Notes under the pieces: model-generated
What the model was told of the DNA's origin: nothing
What the model saw: only the letters and a program-made list of their open reading frames with translations
Database searches by the model: none
Assembly (NCBI GenBank): GCA_963804165.1
Contig: CAWDPO010000017.1
Span: 160,001-224,000 of the forward strand
Source of the DNA: an uncultured delta proteobacterium
Lineage (GTDB): Bacteria; Desulfobacterota; Binatia; UBA9968
Direction of reading: 5' to 3'
DNA: 64,000 bases
Shown here: one piece after another, positions 60,631 to 64,000 of the stretch
Layout of the letters: every line of letters starts with the position of its first letter
Position numbering within the stretch: the first letter of the stretch is position 1
Made by a program: the position numbers and the translations under genes

Positions 60631-61662
60631 CGTGGACGACATCGGTTCGCGATAGCTTTCTCCTTTTTTCAACATCCAGAAACTCGCCTCCGCCAAGTGT
60701 CGGGCCACGGCCACAATCGCTTTGCCGTGCCCCCGTCTGGCTTTGACATTTTCATACAGCCGGGCAACGTGTCGGTACTGGCAGCGCTCGCGGTTGAGCA
60801 CCGCGCTATTGGCCGCTTCGGTAAAGGCCCACTTCAGATAAAGATTCACATCCTTTCTCACCCGCCCGTAGCGCACCTTGCCGCCACTGGAGTTCTCCCG
60901 GGGTACCAGCCCCGCGTAACTCGCCAGCTGCTCGGCTCGGCCAAAGCGCTCGATCGTACCGATCTCAGTCCAGATCACCACCGCCAACATCTCACCCACT
61001 CCTGGCTCGCTCTGCAAATAAGTCGTCTCGGCACAGGGAGCAAAGGCTTGGCGCATTTGGCCTTCAATGGTCTTGAGATTGGCCTGCACATGGTCGAGCT
61101 CGTCGAGCATCAATCGCAGCGCTTGTTGGGTGTGCGGTGGCAGCTTGGAGCAAAGCTCTTCGATGATCTGTCGGCCCCGCTTGCCAAAGGCGTCGCTGAC
61201 GCCGTCGACCTTGAGCCCGTACTTCTCCAGAGTGGCGTGAATACGGTTCTTGAACTGGGTTCTCTGCTTGCTGAGCACCATGCGGGTGCGCGGCAGCTCG
61301 CGGGCATCACGAACCGCAGACGGCGCAATCCACACCGTCGGCAGGGTTCCGACTCTCTGCAAACGATTCATTCCCTTCGCATCGAGCTTGTCGCTCTTGT
61401 TCACGCTGCCGATCATCAGCTTGGCCAGTCGTGCGTTGACCAGTTGCGGCGATCCTTTCCCCGCCTCGATCTCATCGACTACCCAGTACCAGTTGCCCAC
61501 GGTCTCAACCGCCACCGGGGTTCCCGGACTCCACTTGTTGGTGAAGTTCTTAATCGTTCCTCGACTATGCGCCAGTTTACACTCAAAGAGCTTCTGGCCT
61601 TGGTCATTTTCTACCCGCGCCCAGGTGTAATGCTTATGAACATCCAATGCGACGTATTCCAT
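60622..61662 (-). CDS. IS110 DEDD recombinase/transposase
   Basis: ALDVHK, AVETVG, KSDKLDA, PGVG, YAGLVP..SSGG and AVARHL motifs. Confidence 0.95.
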   Translation of the reverse strand: MEYVALDVHKHYTWARVENDQGQKLFECKLAHSRGTIKNFTNKWSPGTPVAVETVGNWYWVVDEIEAGKGSPQLVNARLAKLMIGSVNKSDKLDAKGMNRLQRVGTLPTVWIAPSAVRDARELPRTRMVLSKQRTQFKNRIHATLEKYGLKVDGVSDAFGKRGRQIIEELCSKLPPHTQQALRLMLDELDHVQANLKTIEGQMRQAFAPCAETTYLQSEPGVGEMLAVVIWTEIGTIERFGRAEQLASYAGLVPRENSSGGKVRYGRVRKDVNLYLKWAFTEAANSAVLNRERCQYRHVARLYENVKARRGHGKAIVAVARHLAEASFWMLKKGESYREPMSSTQG

Positions 61663-61851
61663 TTGCGATTTCCTCCTCCAGCCGTCAGTCTATCTACCGA
61701 CGCTGCGGATTTCATCGCTTTCATATTAATCAGAATGACATTGCAAAACAGTCTCTAGACGAGGAAGGCAACGGTGGGGATGCAAGAAAAAATATTGAGG
61801 CTTTATTTAATGAGGATTTCGATGTCGATAAATAGATCAAGGAGGCCAGGC

Positions 61852-62157
61852 ATGAACATTAGATGTTTAAGTTTAAGTGTCGTTATTCTGGTTCTTTCGA
61901 GCTGTCACCTTGCGGAAGACTTTGCCGCAGACGATCATCGCCCCCGAGAGCGCGGGCGTAGTGCGTGCGTGGACCAGGCGCACGAGCAAGGTTATCGCAA
62001 AGTGGAGGTCCAATCCGTGCAATCCGTTGGCCCGGATCGCGGCCCGGGCATTTGGGAAGTTGCCATGCGTGGTATGGCCTCAACGGGGCGGGAGGTTAAA
62101 CTATCTTGCCAATACGATGCGCGGAGTCGTCGAGCGGCTGTGGGCCGTGTTGACTAG
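61852..62157 (+). CDS. Hypothetical lipoprotein
   Basis: LSSC lipobox, paired Cys and AGGAGG RBS. Confidence 0.7.
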   Translation: MNIRCLSLSVVILVLSSCHLAEDFAADDHRPRERGRSACVDQAHEQGYRKVEVQSVQSVGPDRGPGIWEVAMRGMASTGREVKLSCQYDARSRRAAVGRVD

Positions 62158-62213
62158 CAAGCTTCAAGCAGACAATTTGTTTCTGTAAGAGATGATTAGC
62201 ATACGAGGAATAC

Positions 62214-62393
62214 GTGGCCAAACCAAGAATCACAATCGCGCTTTCGCACTATGACCGGCACGTGCCGTTCTTCGATGGGACGGTGCAGCCGGAAGGCATC
62301 GATCTCAACGTTTTGATCGTCGGTCAATCCGACCGGCCCGTCGAATCGGTGACGAGCGCTCGAGAGCTAACCAAGTTATTGGTAGTAGCCTGA
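62214..62393 (+). pseudogene. Chimeric mini-ORF: N-terminus of the 62720 gene fused to an MmgE/PrpD-like C-terminus
   Basis: MAKPRITIALSHYDRHVPFFDGTVQPEGIDLNVLIVGQSDR-PVESVTSARELTKLLVVA*. Confidence 0.7.
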
Positions 62394-62470
62394 CGCAAAT
62401 TGATTGTTGCAGAAATCTCAGAGTACGGGTATGTGCTCAATAATTAAAAATCAGCAGGAGGTGTGTAGGT

Positions 62471-62647
62471 ATGTCAAAATTAAACTTGCTAGTTGCCGTC
62501 GCGCTTTTGGGATTGACTCTTTCAGCGTGCGAAAAAGAGGGTCCCGCAGAGAAAACCGGTAAAGAAATCGACAAAACTGTAAAAGACGTGGGTCAATCGA
62601 TGGAGAAAGCGGCGGATTCCGTCAAGGAAGCGACCAAGTCGAAGTAA
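62471..62647 (+). CDS. Small lipoprotein (58 aa), absent from ORF track
   Basis: MSKLNLLVAVALLGLTLSACEKEGPAEKTGKEID...; AGGAGG RBS. Confidence 0.8.
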   Translation: MSKLNLLVAVALLGLTLSACEKEGPAEKTGKEIDKTVKDVGQSMEKAADSVKEATKSK

Positions 62648-62719
62648 GACCATCTTAAAACTCCCGCCCTCAGGTCGATTTTAAAGGTTTGCCGGCAAAC
62701 CAAACCATCCGAGGAACAC

Positions 62720-63688
62720 TTGGCAAAACCAAAACTGACTATTGCAATTTCACACTACGACCGGCACGTGCCGTTCTTCGATGGAACCGTGCAGCCGGAA
62801 GGCATCGATCTCAACGTTTTAATCGTCGGTCAATCCGACCGGCAACGCGACGGGGAAGAACGCCACGAGCGCATGCTGCAAAAAGGGGAGTTTGACGTGG
62901 CCGAGCTTTCGCTGTCGTCATATTTGATGGCCAAGAGCCGCGGCATGCCCTTCACGGCCATCCCGGTGTTTCCCCGCCGGCTGTTCAGCCATTCGCAAAT
63001 GTGGATCAACGTCGACGCCGGCATTAACGAGCCGAAAGACTTGATCGGCAAGAAGGTCGGTCTGCACAGTTTTCAAAATACGTTGGCAACGCTTGCCAAG
63101 GGCGATTTACAAAGTGAGTTCGACGTGCCGTGGCGGAAGATTCATTGGCTGCTGAACAAAAAAGACAACATCGAATTCGAACCGGAAAAGGGCGTGAAAA
63201 TCGAGCAGCTAGCTGGGAGCGCCAATGCAGGCAATATGTTGGAGAAGGGCGAGATCAGCGCGATGATGACGCCGAATCCACCGAAACCGTATCTACGAGG
63301 TTCGAAAAAAATCCGCCGACTATTCGCCGATCCGAAAGCGGAAGACCTGCGCTATTACAAGAAAAACGGATTCTTCCCGATCATGCACGTCGTCGCGTTC
63401 AAAGACGACGTGCTGAAGAAATGTCCCGAAGCCGCGCAAAGCCTGTTCAACGCTTTCACCGAAGCGAAAAGAATCTGCCGCGAGTTCTACGCCGATCCGA
63501 ACTGGTCGTGGCTCGCCTGGGGCCGACAGGCTTTCGAGGAAGAAGAACGACTTTTAGGTTCCGATCCTTGGCCGTACGGCGTGGAAAAGAATCGCGCGAA
63601 CCTGGAGCGCTTCGTTGGTTACTCGCTCGATCAGGGATTGATGACGAAGAAAATGGCGGTGGGGGAGTTGTTTTTGGGGCTGAATTGA
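62720..63688 (+). CDS. 4,5-dihydroxyphthalate decarboxylase-like SBP-fold protein
   Basis: YDR..P..DG.V, FDVAELSLSSY, AIPVFP.R.F.H, FFPIMH and DPWPYG..NR..LE motifs; no signal peptide. Confidence 0.82.
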   Translation: MAKPKLTIAISHYDRHVPFFDGTVQPEGIDLNVLIVGQSDRQRDGEERHERMLQKGEFDVAELSLSSYLMAKSRGMPFTAIPVFPRRLFSHSQMWINVDAGINEPKDLIGKKVGLHSFQNTLATLAKGDLQSEFDVPWRKIHWLLNKKDNIEFEPEKGVKIEQLAGSANAGNMLEKGEISAMMTPNPPKPYLRGSKKIRRLFADPKAEDLRYYKKNGFFPIMHVVAFKDDVLKKCPEAAQSLFNAFTEAKRICREFYADPNWSWLAWGRQAFEEEERLLGSDPWPYGVEKNRANLERFVGYSLDQGLMTKKMAVGELFLGLN

Positions 63689-63756
63689 CGAGAGCGTTAC
63701 GGTTTGCGCTAAGTTGGCGGCTCGTTCGAACCGCCCACTTCGGTGAATTCTCGGCT

Positions 63757-64000
63757 TTACAGATAACTTGTGATGGCTGGCGCCGAATCCCAATTGTCGT
63801 GCTTGCCGTCGACGTAAATGATCGGCGCGGTCGCAAGTTCTTCCGGTGTGACATCTTCCAGGCATCCCAAGTTAACTCCATAAACTCGATTGACGTCCGG
63901 TGCGTTGCCAATGCCGAAAGAGCGCACGCCGCAGTGCTTGCAGAAATAATGCTCGTTGCGCTTCGTGTTGAACAAATATTTGGTTAGCTCCGACTCACCG
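63757..64000 (-). CDS. GFA (CENP-V) family protein, 5'-partial
   Basis: HYFCKHCGV, YGVNLGCL and YVDG..DNW motifs. Confidence 0.85.
   Translation of the reverse strand, partial: GESELTKYLFNTKRNEHYFCKHCGVRSFGIGNAPDVNRVYGVNLGCLEDVTPEELATAPIIYVDGKHDNWDSAPAITSYL

Larger units (their letters stand above)
60413..61732 (-). mobile_element. IS110 family, IS1111 group insertion sequence
   Basis: TCA core repeated at both ends (60413-60415, 61730-61732); 9-bp subterminal IRs TATGAAAGC / GCTTTCATA; long non-coding end downstream of the recombinase. Confidence 0.9.

Noticed and set aside
60346-61758. 470-aa plus-strand ORF spanning the IS110
   Set aside because: It is the antisense shadow of the recombinase and runs across the element ends with no recognisable motifs

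Overview
A GC-rich bacterial window. The many NMT1/THI5-like substrate-binding proteins (SBPs), MFS transporters and Tat-exported Mo-hydroxylases, plus dispersed REP-like repeats, suggest a soil/sediment deltaproteobacterium-like lineage such as Ca. Binatia (inference only). Many genes carry single-base indels, often in homopolymers, so most 'frameshifts' are probably long-read assembly errors. The backbone holds orphan SBPs, MFS/DMT transporters, two IorA/IorB-like Mo-enzyme pairs, VOC, cupin, creatininase, PqqC-like, dienelactone hydrolase, MmgE/PrpD, a MetE-like enzyme, RluA and an RRM protein. Mobile and accessory content includes a RAYT with cognate REP hairpins, an accessory patch at about 12.7-20.3 kb, a degenerate phage-like island at about 38.3-49.4 kb (integron cassette with a clear attC, plus an IS1634), and an IS1111-type IS110 inserted in a REP-like repeat. 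Three highlights are missed by the ORF track. (1) A DUF692 (MNIO) gene is coupled to a TIGR04222 membrane protein whose corrected C-terminus is a Gly/Ser/Cys tail with 5 Cys, a candidate protein-modification system. (2) The IS110 non-coding end contains a readable bridge/seek RNA whose guides match its own insertion site and donor junction. (3) An in-frame UGA in a UxxC motif, followed by a SECIS-like hairpin, marks a likely selenoprotein. No rRNA, tRNA or CRISPR array was seen.
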